From assembly GCF_028641065.1 (NCBI RefSeq), contig NC_073392.1, forward strand, positions 24,800,001 through 24,864,000: a DNA stretch of 64,000 nt, read 5' to 3'. Positions 47,901-61,540 of this stretch are shown in pieces. Position 1 is the first letter of the stretch. Every line of letters begins with the position of its first letter. The stretch is from Leucoraja erinacea. Lineage: Eukaryota. The notes under the pieces are model-generated. The model saw nothing but the letters and a program-made list of their open reading frames with translations. It ran no database searches and was not told where the DNA came from. The position numbers and the translations under genes are program-made.

Positions 47901-50900
47901 CTCTAATTTAATAAAAAAGTCTTCTTCATATCGAGTTTAAGGGGTGATTTATATAATTTTTTTTTTACACAATATGTGAAGATTTCATGTAGTTTGGTGA
48001 CTTGGGTCACAAAATCCCATTTCTAGACACATTTTTGATCCTCGGCCCACAGCCTATAATGGCCTACTTCTGCTCCAATGACTTAGAACTTAATTGTGGG
48101 CAAATGGAATATAACATGGCATCTTTGAATGTTATTCAATTTGGAAGGAAATTTGAAAAGGCGAATACATGTGGCAATACTACAAATCTGTAGTATAACG
48201 TGATCTGGGGGAGGTGGGGTTCTGATGTATGAACTACAAAGGATTGGTATGCCAGTATAGCAAATTATTAGTATAGAAATAATTAATGAAATGTTGCAAT
48301 GGATTATCTCTTGAATGTGATGGGTGGGTGGAAAATGAGGTCCAAGGCCACAATCGCTGTCCCTGGAGGAGAGTAGGTGAGAGCAGAGGTATGGGAAATA
48401 GACAAGGTGTAACCGAGGCTCTGTCAATTATAGAGGGAAGCGTTCCCATTGTGGATGGTTCAAGGATCAGGGCACAGATTTAAAAATAAGGCCAAAGGGA
48501 GATGTGAGGAAACACGCGTAAGGCAATAACTTCGTAAGTCATAAGAGCAGAATTAGGCCATTTGGCTCATCAAATCTACTCTGCCATTCAATCATGGCTG
48601 TTTTACCTTTCCCACTCTACCCCATTCTCCTGCCTTCTCCCCCTAAATCTTGACACCTTTGCTAATCAAGAATCTTCATTCTTCTTCTTCTTCTACTTCT
48701 TCTTTGGAGTTTTACGGCAGCCGGCATCCACAATGTTGCATTGCTGCCACCTTCTGGCTTCATTCCACGGTACTCATGTCTTTACATTATATCCTTTTTA
48801 TAAGCCCAGAGGCCCTCAAGAAATCAAACAACAACTTTATTCCTTTTCCTTTCCCTCCACACTCTAGAATGTTCTTTACTGATATTTCTGTCAATCCAAT
48901 TTTCCTCATTTCAATGATCATCAGTCCTCTTTCTGTCTCGTATCTCCTACATGCAATTAGGGCATGCTGAACTGTTACTGGCTGATGGCATTCCTCACAG
49001 AGCCCAGTAGGGTGTTTTCCCAATATTTTTAATGTGCTGTTCAGGTGAGTGTGTCCTATCCTCAATCTTGTTAATACTACCTGTTAAGAATCTTCATTCT
49101 CTGCCAATTAGCTCAATTAATCTGAAGCTAATTGAGTTTATCATGATTTACAAATGGGGATTAATAAGAGTTGAGGGGAAAGGAATCTGCAAAGGTATGT
49201 ATAAAGAGTCTGTATTGCTCTGCCGAATGTAAACGCACGGAACTACAGATGCTGGTTTACAAAGAAAGACAGGAAAATTGGATATCTTGGTATATTACAC
49301 TGGAAGGAAACTGAGAAGGGTGAAGTGTAATGGAAAAGAAGACACATACAAGAGTGCTGGAGTAACTCAGTGGGCCAGACAGCATCTCTGAGGCAATGTT
49401 TTGTGTCTGGGCCTTCAGATTGTGGTAGGGAGGGGGGGGAAGAAAGCTTGGAAGAGAGGTGGGGCAGGACAAAGTCTGGTAAGTGATGGGTGGATACAGG
49501 TGAGGAAGAGGGTGGAATTTGATGAGAAGAAGACAGAAGGTTGTGAGATGAGGTGAGAAGATATGTGAAATGTGGGGATATAGGTGGGAGGGGAAAGGGC
49601 TGTTGTTGGTTAGTTACCTAAAATTGGAGAATCCAAATCTTTATACCATAGGGTAGTAAGGTACCCTAGCGGAATATGAGATGCTGTTCCTTCAGTTTGC
49701 TTGTGGCTTCACTCTGGCAATGGAGGAGGCCGAGAACAGAAAGGTCCTGGGCCACATTCATTACTTCCGACACAAACCATTCCCTCACTATGTACTTTCC
49801 CCAGCAACCACGGGAGATGTAGTGCCCATACATCCTCCCTCTCATCCATTCAGGGACTCCTGCAATCCTTCCAGGTGAGACAGAGGTTCACATGCACTCC
49901 TCCAACCTCACCCACTGCATTTGATGCTCCCAATGTGGCCTCCTTTTTCTCAGCATGACAAAGCATAGACAAGGTGACAGTTTTGTCAAACGCTTGCGAT
50001 CAGTCGACCAAAGCCTGGTGGATCTCCAGGTTGTTGACTATTTTATCTCCCTTTCCATTCCCATACCAACCTTTCTGAGTTACTCCAGCATTCTATGTCT
50101 TTACTTGCTCTGTAGAATGTCATTAGCTTGGACAGTGGCCACCATCTGCAATAGTTCGGTGACATTCTACAGTTAAAGTATATTCTATCCTTAATAAATC
50201 TGGATCAGTTGTAGCTAAGTAAAATGTAAGGAGCAAAAGAGGCCATATGTCCTAGTATGTTCAGTGCTACCTCGCTCAGAGTGTTTTCCTTCACAGTTCT
50301 CGGCTTGCTATTGTGACTCCGCATAGTTTTTCTCCAAGTACATATCCACTTGGTTTTTTTAAATTACTGTGGCAATTGTTTCAATCACACTTTCAGAGAC
50401 GACCCGAAATGTCGACTATCCATGTTGCCTGAGATGCTGCTTAACCCGCTGAGTTACTCCAGCACTTCATGTTTTTTGAACTTGAATAGATCCTTGTATG
50501 TAGACATATCCCTTGGTACTTCACAAGAACATTATCAAATATCCCACAACTTTCTTAACGGATTTAACAACCTGTCACTTTCAAAGATATATGAATAAAC
50601 ATGTTCACAGTCCCTCTACTCTTGCTGTCCTTCAGTACCATTATCATTTGGATTATACTGCTTTACAATGTCATCTCCCAAAGAACATTACTTAACAACT
50701 TTCTGCATTAACTTGCATTCTCCCATGAGTCTACAGCTCATTATGCTCGGCATTATTTGCTGCATTGCCAAGCTTTGCACCTCACTTCAAAGATGGCGCT
50801 CCCTTTAGTTATTGTTTTTAGTTATTGTTGAAAAAATATAAATAAATCCCTGGAGATCAAGTGTCAAGAGTGTTTTATTGTCATATGTCCCAGATAGAAC

Positions 50901-53900
50901 AATGAAATTCTTACTTGCTGCAGCACAACAGAATATATAAACATAGTACACAGTAAACAATATAATAAACAAAAAAAAAAGTTCAGTGTGTCTATATAGA
51001 CACACTCACAAGTACACACACACACACACACACACACGCACGCATACATAACCTGGACGTTGCAGTTTTCAGGCTACTGTACCTTCTTCCTGATGGCAGG
51101 GGTGAAATGAGTGTGTGGCCAGGATGGTGTGGGTCTCTGATGATGCTGGCTGCCTTTTTGAGGCAGCGACTCTGATTAATCCCAGTGCATATGTTTGGCT
51201 ACTCAGTGTGTCATTGATCTCTTAATTAAAAACTTTCATTGCCTCATCGGACATTGCCTCATAAGGACGCCCAAACTGTGGGGTAGTCCAGGTCTGGTCT
51301 AACCCGACAACGTGGCAAGATGGTCTTGCAACTGTCTTGCAACTGCACTGCTACACCCTTGCAAATAAGCTAACATGCCATTTGCTTTCTGTTTGTTACC
51401 ATCTCATATTGAGTCTTGCAGCACAGAAACGGGCCCTTTGTCCCAATTTATCTATGCTGACCAAGATGCCCATCTAATCTAGTCCCATTTGCCTGTTTGG
51501 CCCATAATCCTCTAAACCTTACCTTTCCATGTTCCTGTTCAAGTATCTTTTAAATGTTGTTACAGTACCTACATCAACTATTTCCTCTGGCAGCTCGTTC
51601 TATTTCCCCTGTGAAAAGTTGCCTATTGGGTTTGTTTTAAATCTTTCCCCTCTCACCTTAAACCTATGTCCTTAGTTCTTGATTCCCCTACCCTGGAAAA
51701 AAAGACTCTGCGTTCATCTTCTCTATTCACTTTGTGATTTTATACACCTCTAATACACCTTTTATACACCTTGTATCCTTCTCTACACTCTTTCAAGCTC
51801 AGAGGCATCTTTCATACAACAGGGTGATTAAAACTGAATGCAGTATTCCAAATGCAGCCTCACCAATGAACTGTACAACTGTAACATTCCAACTTCTATA
51901 TTCAATAGAATCTGAAGAAGGGTCTTGACCCAAAACGTCACCCATTCCTTCACTCCAGAGATGCTGCCTGTCCCGCTGAGTAACTCCAGCTCTATCTTCT
52001 ATATTCAATTTCCTGACTGATTATGTTACATTTCTACTTTCATGAACCAGCACAAGATGCTTCTTTTATTTTTTTTATTTCCACCAAAAGTAATAACCTC
52101 CCATTTCTTGTCTGCCATCTCCTTGCCTAATCTATATTCCTTTACATCTTCCTCAAAGCATGCTTTCCCTCTCAGCTTTGTATTGGAGGTAAATCGAGAC
52201 ATGTTACACTCCCTGTTCAATTTGGCAGTGATTCGTGTAAATTGTCTCGAACTACTGGCCTGGTACTAGATCCTTCTGGCACGTACCTACTTGCCAACAT
52301 GAAAAATACACTTTATTTCCATGTTGGTTTCTAGCTTGTCATCTAACCACTTAAATATTTTAATGCTAATCCCGTGAGTCTTTATTTTACTTGGCAACCT
52401 TTTGTGCGATCTTTATCAAATGCCTTTTGGAAAACCTTGATAGCCTTTCAACCAGTGTTAGGAAGAACTGCAGATGCTGGTTTAAACCGGACAGATACAA
52501 AAAGCTGGAGTAACAGTGGGTCAGGCCTTTGGAGAAAAGGAATAGGTGACGTTTTTAAGTCAAGATCCTTTTTGGACTGAGAGTCAGGGGAAAGGGGAAT
52601 GAGAGATATAAACGGTACTTAGGAGAAATGAATGGAAGATATGCAGAAAGCAACGATAAGGACATGTGGGGTGCAAAATAGGCCATTTTTGGCTATGGGA
52701 TAGGTTATAGTGAGTATGCAGACAGGAACTCGCACAGGACAACAGTAAAACTAGTACGACAACTTGGTTGGGGAGGGACGGGGAGAGAGGGGGTGCAGGT
52801 GTTACTTGAAGTTAGATAAATCAATATTTATACTGATGGGTTGTAAGCTGCCCAAGCGAAATATGAGGTGCTGTTCCTCCAATTTCCATTTGGCCTCACT
52901 CTGACAATGGAGGAGGCCCAGGGCAGAAATGTTAGTATGGGAAGGGGAGTAGGTGTTTGGTAACCAGGAAATCGCGTAGGCCGTGGGGGACTGAGCGAAG
53001 GTGTTCAGTGAAGCGATCGTAGAGTCTGTGCTTGGTCTCGCCGACATCTACCCTGCTGGTATACATCCTCAAAAAGAAAAGCTTGGATATATCAGATGCT
53101 GTTTCCTAGTGATATGTATATAATTGCTTTTTATCTGTGTGTGATTACATTCATGGGCCTGTTAAGCTACAGCAAGCAATAATTTCTTTGTTCTGGTGTT
53201 GGTACATAAACATTTGGCTCCTTTCAAAAACCATGTTGACTTCCTATTCATGGTAGGATATTCTGAATGTCTTTTAGCAGTTTCCTGATAACTTATGTTA
53301 GTCTATAGTTAATAATTATCTGTCATGAGACTCTTGGCTTCCCCATGCTTTCAGGTATATGGTGAAAATGTTGTAAATTGGCCGTTCATATTTAAAACAA
53401 CCGTGCATCATGGGACCTGCCCCTGTGGCTCAATATTTGTGTTGAATATGATGTCATGCTAAACTAATCTCCCCTGCTTGTACGTGATCCTTATTCCTCC
53501 ATTCCCTACATACCCACATGCCTGTCCAAAAATCGCTTGGACTCCATCATCGTAACTGCCTCCACCACCACCACCACCCATCTTTTTTAAATGTTGCCCC
53601 TCCCACCTTAAAGCTTTTCCCTCTAGTCTGTAACATTTCCATCCTGGGAGAAAAGGTTCTGCCCCTATCTATACCCCTCATAATTTTATATACTTCTATC
53701 AGGTCTCTCTTCAGCCTCTGATGCTCCAGAGAAAACCTAACTTAGTTTAACCTACCTAATTTACCAAACTTATTTTAACCAACTTGCAATGGAATTCAGT
53801 AAATTGCATCCCATCCAATCAGTTTTCTGAACCATCTTACCCCTGTCCTTCCAAAAATACATTTAATTTACTGCCAGCCCTATCACCTCTTCTGCCGATT

Positions 53901-56900
53901 CCTTGCAATCATGTTTAGTTCCTGGCAGGATGAGCTATTCCATGGAAGAATCTTTTACCAGTTGCCTTTAATTTTATGACACATGTCACTTGCCCTTTGT
54001 TGCAATCCCTTGCTTGTTCTGTTTCTTAATCAGTGTTCCCAACTTGTTTCAGGCATTGTACTTTATTAGCACCTTGGTAGATTTACCATACCAGTTCTGT
54101 CCCTGGGTGATCTGTCTGCTTCATGCAGCCTTGTAGTCGGTTACTGCCCTGACTTGCACGCTCTGTAAGTTTTAAACATGGCATATTCATTGCCGGTGAC
54201 ATTATTTCCGACAACGTAAATCATGTTTTGCTTTTTGACCTTGGACTATTTTAATAGAGAGTTAATGTGTGCTATATTTACCTGAACAATTTTACCTGCA
54301 CAACAAAAAACAAAATCAATAAAACACCACATGTTGCAACAACGATATATAAAATCATTAAGATACATCAGGAACTGTTTCAAATAGATTATATTTTAAC
54401 ATGTTTTACTGTTTAAGTCATCTTCCACACATATAAATGCTTGTTTAATGTCGCAGCTTTTTCTTCCTCATTACCCACATTAATTGTGCTACATTTTTAC
54501 ATTTTGCCTAAAATAATACTTATTTATCTGCTTTTATGTTTCTTGATAATTTGCTTTCCTACTTTTTGCCAAGACTAATTTGGTTGAATCAGTGGTGATG
54601 AGTAATGTTCTGTGATTCATAATCAGCCAGTATCTGTCAGAAATCAAATGTATTTTAAAAAGCTGCTGTGTTCTTTCACTTTTCTGTTTTCTTTCTTTTT
54701 TTTTTTTTTTTTTCTGACTTTAATCGCCCTAACTTTGAAAGCAGCACCTTTGATTACAGGCACTATATTCTGGAATTCCCTCTCAGACTTTACCTCCTGT
54801 TCAATTCACTCAAGGTGCAATAAAGTGCTATCTCTTTGACAAACTTGGTCATCTAGACAAATATCTTTTTTTGCTTCCCACTGTTGAATATTATTTGCTC
54901 ATACTCTTGTGAAGTGCATCGGATGTTTTCCTGTGTTAAGTTGTACAAATACAGATTGTTAATTCCAGGCTTTCTAGGCAAACACTACATCAAATCTCCC
55001 TAGATTACATATGCAGAGCAGCTTTGTGGCATGTCAGTGGGGATCAAGGATGGTGTGCCAGTGACCCTTGCAACTTTCTTTCTCTCGTCATATCGTTTAA
55101 AAAAGATGAGGAAACAAATTAAGACCTCTGGTTCAATGAACAGAGTCATAGAGTTATACAGCACGGAAGCAGGCCATTCGGCCCACCTTGGCATACTGGA
55201 CTAGTTTCATTCGCCTGCATTTGGCCCATATCCCTCTAAACCTTTCCCATCCATATAGCTGCTCATTTGTCTTTTAAAAGTCCCAATTGCATCCAATTCT
55301 ATGACTTCACCTGGCAACTCATTCCAGAGGACCTCAGAGGGTAGTTCCTATCTGGAACCTGCTGCCAGAATAAGCCATAGACTTGGATACAATTATTTTT
55401 AAAAGATATTTGGATGGATATATAGATGAGAATGGTTCAGAGTGAAATGGGCCAAATGAGACTAACTAATCTGCCAACTTGGTTGGCATGGACACGGTGC
55501 ACTGAAAGGCCTGGTTCCATGCTGTACAACTCTTTTACTCATAAAACAATTGCCCCTGAAGTCCCTATTAAATCTCTCCCATCTCATCTTAACCCTATGC
55601 CCTTTAGTTTTAGAATCCTCTGCCCCTGGAAAAAGACTGAGTGTTCACTTTATTCTGGAAAGGGCTGTAATTTTTTTAAAATCCTGCTCTTGGAAGCAGA
55701 GTTAAAATAAATATAGGGAGAAAAGGCACTGACTCAGACATTAGCCCAAACCGTGATTTAATAGAGTGTATCTGGAGCATGTAAGATTACCAAATCTCTC
55801 TTGCGTCACCCTCCTTCAGGACTGCATGCCAATCACTTCTCGAAAGTAGTGCAGGTGACTTTCAATTATTAAACATTGCAGATGGTGCCCGTTCTATTAC
55901 CAGAAGCTGTGTTGTGTGACAGATCCCGCAGAGTATTAATTCCCTTTGTATTTGCAGTGGATCCAGTTACTAAGAATGAGATTGATCAGGTAGAGAGGTT
56001 GTTTCTAAATATAACACTTCCTGGGCTGTAATGGTATTGACCAGTTTGTGTGTCATGACACCACATCAATTGAATTGACTTGAGGTAATCTGTAAATGGG
56101 ATTTTGCAGTGCAATGTAGTAAATATTCAGATAGGTGCTGCTGCATATTGCATGCCGGTTATAGTTTTTAAATGTGCTCACGAGATGGTGCTGCAGACTC
56201 AAAATGTAACAGCAGGTTACACAGAGAGTCATACAGCACGGAAACAAGTCATTTGGCCCATTTAAGCTTATCCATTTGCTTCCCTTTGGCCCATATCCCT
56301 TCCATGTATCCACCTCCTCCTCACCCCACACCACGTCCAAGTGTTTTAAAAAATGTTGTTATAGTACCTGCCTCGACTACCTTTTTGGCAGCTCTTTCCA
56401 TATACCCACCGCCCTGCGGGGGGGAAAAGTCCCTATTGAATCCTGCCCCCCTCACCTTAAACCTGCATCCTCTAGCTCTCGATTCTCTCACACTTGGTCA
56501 AATACTCTGTGCATTGACCCTATATATTTGCCTAACGATTTTATAGACCTCTATAAGATTACCCCTCAGCATGCTCTGCTCCAGATACAACAATTTTTGG
56601 AACCACGGTCTGAAGAAGGGTTCCATCCTGAAACGTTGCATTTCCCCCCCCCCCCCCCCCCCATTCAGCTGTTTGTATTTTGCTCAGAATTCCCACATTT
56701 ACTACCTATTGACTTCATTTATATGGCAGTTCATCGCTAGGAATCAAACAACTGGGAATGAATGTCAGCAACCTGGAAGCTGTAGCCTTACAGTGTCAGT
56801 AGGAAGGGAAGCCATATCATTGTTTCCTTGACCGTGGTGTAGCTATTTTGTAAAAATGTTGATTATCTGTCCGTTCGATGGAAGTTTTGGGTGGGGCTGT

Positions 56901-59614
56901 TCCCCGCTCCCCCATTAGGATGAGTCACCATCAGAGGTAGTTGACGCAGGAACAATAACAACATTTAAAAGACATTTGGACAGGTACATGGATAGGAGGG
57001 GTTTGGAGGGATATGGCCAAATGTCAAATGGGACTAGCTTAGATGGGACATCTTGGTCAGCATGGACAAACATTGAACAGTACTGGAACAGGACCTTGAG
57101 CACACAATGTTTGTGTGATCATGACGCCCAGTCCATCTTTTATCTGCCTATACATAATCGAATCCTGCCGTTCCATGTGTATCCGTGTATCTATCTAAGA
57201 TTGCTTAAATTCCACCATCATAAATGCCATCACCCCCACCCCTAGCAGCGCATTCCAGGCACCCACCACCGCTATGTAATAAAACAGTTTTAAAACATTC
57301 CCACCACATCCACCTTAAACTTCGCCCTCTCACCTCGGAGCTGTGCCCTCTAGTTTTAATATTTCCATTCTGAACAACAGGTTCTGACTGGTTATCCTAA
57401 TCTATGCCTCTCAATTCTGTCAGGTCTTCCCGCAACCTCAGGCGTTCCAGTGAAAACAATCCCAGTCTGTGCAACCTCGCCCTTTAGCTAATACTACATA
57501 ATTCATGGATCATTCCGGTAAACCTTCTCCCCACGCCTTCTAAAGCTAAGAAGAAAGGGGGGGGGGGGCGGGGGGTGGTTAATCCTTATCAAGAAAAGAT
57601 TGGTAGTAAAACTACTTTCATTGAGATTGGGATAAACATGTCTGAAAACTAGAACAAGGGAACAATTTCCGAGATTTGGTACTGAATAATGAGCCATATT
57701 CTATGCAATGGCTGTTGAGCATTTATTGGATGACAATCATTATATGATAAGCTTGACTGGGATTATAGTACCTAATATAGTTTTGGAAAAGGAGATATTG
57801 AAAACATTTAGTAAAAATCTAGAAAATACACTAATTGCTGGAGTAACTCAGTGAGTCAGGATTTAAACATCAGTCTGAAGAAAGGCCCCGAGCTGAAATG
57901 TGGCCTTTCCATGGCATCCAGAAATGCTGCCTGACCTGCTTTTACTCTAGTGCTTTGTGTCTAGTTTTGTAAACCAGCATCTGCAGTTCCTTGTATAATC
58001 ATAGTAAGTATCTAGGTTTGATAAAGATGGCATTCATTCAACATACTTAGTCTCTCTACAGTGAATTTGTTAAGTCCATTAATGGTGCCGCCACTCTAGC
58101 GCCTAATAAAAATAATTTACTTTGATACAGAGCCAGATTGTATCTATAAAGAGCAAAGTTCTAATATCCAGAAATTCCTTGAATAACCTGTGTGCAATAT
58201 AAAGACCAAAATAGTAGGTTATTTGTAGGGAAATGTGAAGAAACTCTCAATTGATATTCAAGTCAGCAAGGAATTATAATAGAAAGGGCAGGAGGGATGG
58301 CACATGTGCGATCTTGCCCCTCTGAATTTACCTCCAGTACCTTGACTTGGATTATAGTACCTAAGGGTTTATAGGACGTTATGGTGGGTGCATTAAGTGG
58401 CTAAATGGCCTGATTTTCCTCAGAGTTCCAAACTCAAGCTGAACCAGACTCTGTGCGCTGGTGTCCTGGTGTTCCACATCAGTTACCCCCTATTCTCTCC
58501 CCACCATGAGCATCATGTTTCCAACTGCATATCTTCTCAAAACCACCAGATAATTTCCACCTCCTGCCCGAAGCCCTTGATCTACGTTGTTATTGCCCAC
58601 TATTCTCATCTGGCAACCTTCTTGCATGTCATGTTATAGTTCATCCAGAGCTTTGTGACGAACCCTACTCCACTACGGTCATAAATCACCCTGTGTTTGT
58701 TGACTTGCTTTTGATTAAAATATTCTCGTATTGTGCGCTCATCTTTCAACGCTCTTGTGCTTGTTCCAGGCCCACATAAATCTGGGAAATTTGTGCCCTT
58801 CCAGTTCTGGCTTCTCGTGTATCCTTGATTTCCTTCATGTCATTGTATCTTCAGCTGCTGACACTATACACATGTCCCAAATCATTTCTATGCATGTGCA
58901 TCTTTAAATTGGTTTCTGGGATGTTTGTCATAGTGTCATACAGCATGGAAACGGGCCTTTCAGCCCAACTTGTCCATTATCACCCAGATGCCCCATCTAT
59001 GCTAGTGCCATTTGCCCGCATTTAGCCTATATCCCTCTCAAAACTTTCCTATCCATGTACCTGTCCAAATGTCTTTTTAATGCTGTTACAGTGTCAGCCT
59101 CAAGTACCCCCTCTGGCAGCTCGTTCCATATACCAACCGCAGTCTGAGTGAAAAAGTTGCCCCTCAGTTTCAAAATAAATCTTTCCCCTCTCACAAACCT
59201 ATGTCCTCTTTTTTTAAATTTCCCTGCGTAAAAGGCGATGCATTCACCCTATCTATGCCCCTCATGATTTTATACATCCCTATAAAATCCAAATTCTATT
59301 TTAACATCACTCCTCTAAAGTGGCCTGGAAAGATTTATAAGCATTGTGTAAAAATAGATTGTTATTTCAATATATTCTCATATTCCTAATCTATTTTTCC
59401 ATAAACGTTTTAATGAAAACTATGTGACTTCTCTGTAGCTAAAGATGTCAGATCCTATGCTTGCCTTGTGATAAGGTTCTGGTTTCTGCTCTTTCCACCT
59501 TAGCCCCAAACTACCAACACCGTTGAGGAGCCTCTCGACTTGATCAGGCTTAGTCTGGATGAGCGGATTTACGTGAAGATGAGGAACGATCGAGAGCTTC
59601 GCGGCAGACTACAC
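44880..59614 (+). CDS. LSM3: LSM3 U6 snRNA-associated Sm-like protein, exons 1-2 (partial; continues beyond window)
   Basis: MAEEVEQ|[37 protein letters not shown]. Confidence 0.96.
46384..47258 (-). mobile_element. Relatively young 5'-truncated CR1 LINE
   Basis: [43 protein letters not shown]...; 3' tail ATTGTCTATT. Confidence 0.93.
47257..48038. mobile_element. Fold-back / long-TIR element: ~267-bp inverted arms around a ~246-bp spacer
   Basis: 47257-47523 is the reverse complement of 47770-48038 with only a few differences. Confidence 0.88.
48683..49085 (-). mobile_element. 5'-truncated I-group (Nimb-like) LINE with (GAA)n tail and 15-bp TSD
   Basis: [10 protein letters not shown]...[19 protein letters not shown] (CCHC knuckle); AAGAATCTTCATTCT at 48668-48682 and 49086-49100. 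Confidence 0.88.
49235..50105. mobile_element. Penelope-like element with internal inversion (GIY-YIG remnants on both strands)
   Basis: Plus strand [11 protein letters not shown]...[22 protein letters not shown]; minus strand [10 protein letters not shown]... Confidence 0.75.
52450..53050 (-). mobile_element. Penelope-like element 3' end (GIY-YIG C-terminus plus terminal repeat)
   Basis: [19 protein letters not shown] ... [39 protein letters not shown]. Confidence 0.88.
59504..59614 (+). CDS. LSM3: LSM3 exon 2
   Basis: cttag|CCC CAA ACT ... CTA CAC|gtgggt; 111 nt. Confidence 0.96.
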
Positions 59615-59909
59615 GTGGGTAGCCAGTTGAACTTTTTTAATGTTGAGAACAATTTGGTTCTTTACAGGTTGTCAGTCTGTAGTGATTGGCATACTGCAGG
59701 GATTACTACTTGGCCCCCAGTTATTCTTGTTCCATATCGATAATTTGGCTGAGGAATCAATACATCAGACGGAGGCACAAGGATGCTGGAATCCCAAGTA
59801 AAAATCAAAGTGCTGGAGGAATACAGCGGGACAGGCAGCATCTGTAAAGGGAAATGGAGAGGTGACGTTTCTGGTCGGGATCCTTACTCATATTCTTGTC
59901 GTCTATGGT

Positions 59910-60205
59910 CACACAGTGGTGCAGCGATAGAGTGGCTGCCTTACAGCTCCGGAGATCCGACTACGGACGTTGTCTGTGCGGAGTTTGTACGTTTTTCCTA
60001 AGACCGCGTGGGTTTTCTCCGGGTGTTCAGGTTTCTTCCCACGCTCCAAAGACATGCAGGTTTGTAGGTTAATTGGCTTCGGTAAAAATTGTAAATTGTC
60101 CCTAGTTTGTAGGATAGAACTAGTGTATGGGGTGATCGTTGATTGTGGAGAACTTGATGGCCAAAGGGCTTGTTTCCACGCTGTAATTTCTAAATCTAAA
60201 CTAAA
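59910..60205 (+). mobile_element. V-SINE (HE1-like)
   Basis: tRNA-like head, V-domain, TAAATCTAAACTAAA tail. Confidence 0.8.
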
Positions 60206-61540
60206 TCTTTGCAAGTTGTTGCTGATATTAATCTAGATGTGATTGAAAAGGGGATGTGAAGAAGCTTTAAGGGAATCTGAAAACATGGCACTGTATTGTG
60301 GAGAAGATGTGATCACCAGTTTGTGAGACAAAACAGAAAAGCTGAGTCATTTCTAAATGGTGAGAGATTGGGAAGGATTGCTGTCAAGGGGACCTGGGAC
60401 TACTTGTAATTAGATTGCTCATAACTAGCATGCATGTGGAGCAAGTGAGTAGGAAGGCCAGTGGAGTGTTGACATTTAATATGAGGATTTCAGTACAGGA
60501 GCAAAGATGTCTTATTGCAGTTGTCCAGTGCTTGGTGATGCCACGCTAGTAGTATTGAGTATAGTCTTGGTCTCTCTCTGAAAACAGGATACACCTGCAG
60601 ATTGCAGTGAAGACTTTGGTTGATAAAGATGACATAAACACAAAAAAAACAGAATATGCTGGCAGGTCAGGTGACAGGATCTTGCACCTGTAAAAAGTAA
60701 CCATGTTTATTTCTCCACAGATGCGACTTGACCTGCTGAGTGTTTCCAGCATTCTCATTTATCCACTGCATAAGCTGAAAGAACCATACAGCATGGAAAC
60801 AGGCCCTTTGGCCTAAATCGTTCATGCCTACATAGGTGTCGCATCTAAGCTAGTCCCACCTGCCCACTTTTGGCCCATAGCGCTCTAAACCTTTCCTATC
60901 CGTGTACCAAGTGTCCTTTAAATATTGTTATTGTACCTGCCTCAGCCACTTCATCGAGCAGCTTAATCCATAAACCCACCGCCTTTGGATGAAAACGTTG
61001 CCCCTGTTAAATCCTTTTCTCTCACCTTAAAATTTGTATTGTGTTCCAACTTGCGCTAGTGTGGGTTTGCACCATACTTTGGTGGTTAATATCTGAACTC
61101 ATAATCCAGTGAATGTAGGTTTGGGTATCTGCATAGTACATCATAAAAGGCCCATTAAGTTGTTAGTGTCTTCCAGGAACACAAACATGTAATCATTAAT
61201 AAAAACATAACATGCTGGAAAAACACAGCAGGTCATCTACAGAAATATCTCAGATCAAAGACCCTTCAGAACAGGGAAAGAGGAATAACATGTGTTTTTG
61301 GTTGCAGAAAGGATATGAAAAGGTCAAAGAGTGAGGCCAGGTTTGCTCAGTTTGCAGAGCTGTGAGGTTATTAGATTAATTACGGGCAGCTACAGGGTTG
61401 GAGACAGAGAACACTGAGAAAGGGACATGTGAAACCAGTCGGAGTTCTTGCTGAGAACTGAACCCAGAAGGTGGTTGTTGGGAGATGTCCAACAGAACAG
61501 TATCTGTGGAGAGAGCAATACTGTACTAATATTACTGATG

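Noticed and set aside
54595-54720. Possible C/D-box snoRNA in LSM3 intron 1 (GTGATGA)
   Set aside because: No well-placed D box with a terminal stem, and no recognisable rRNA/snRNA guide
57560-58340. Possible ancient L1/Tx1 remnant
   Set aside because: Only faint motif resemblance; too degenerate to support without a search
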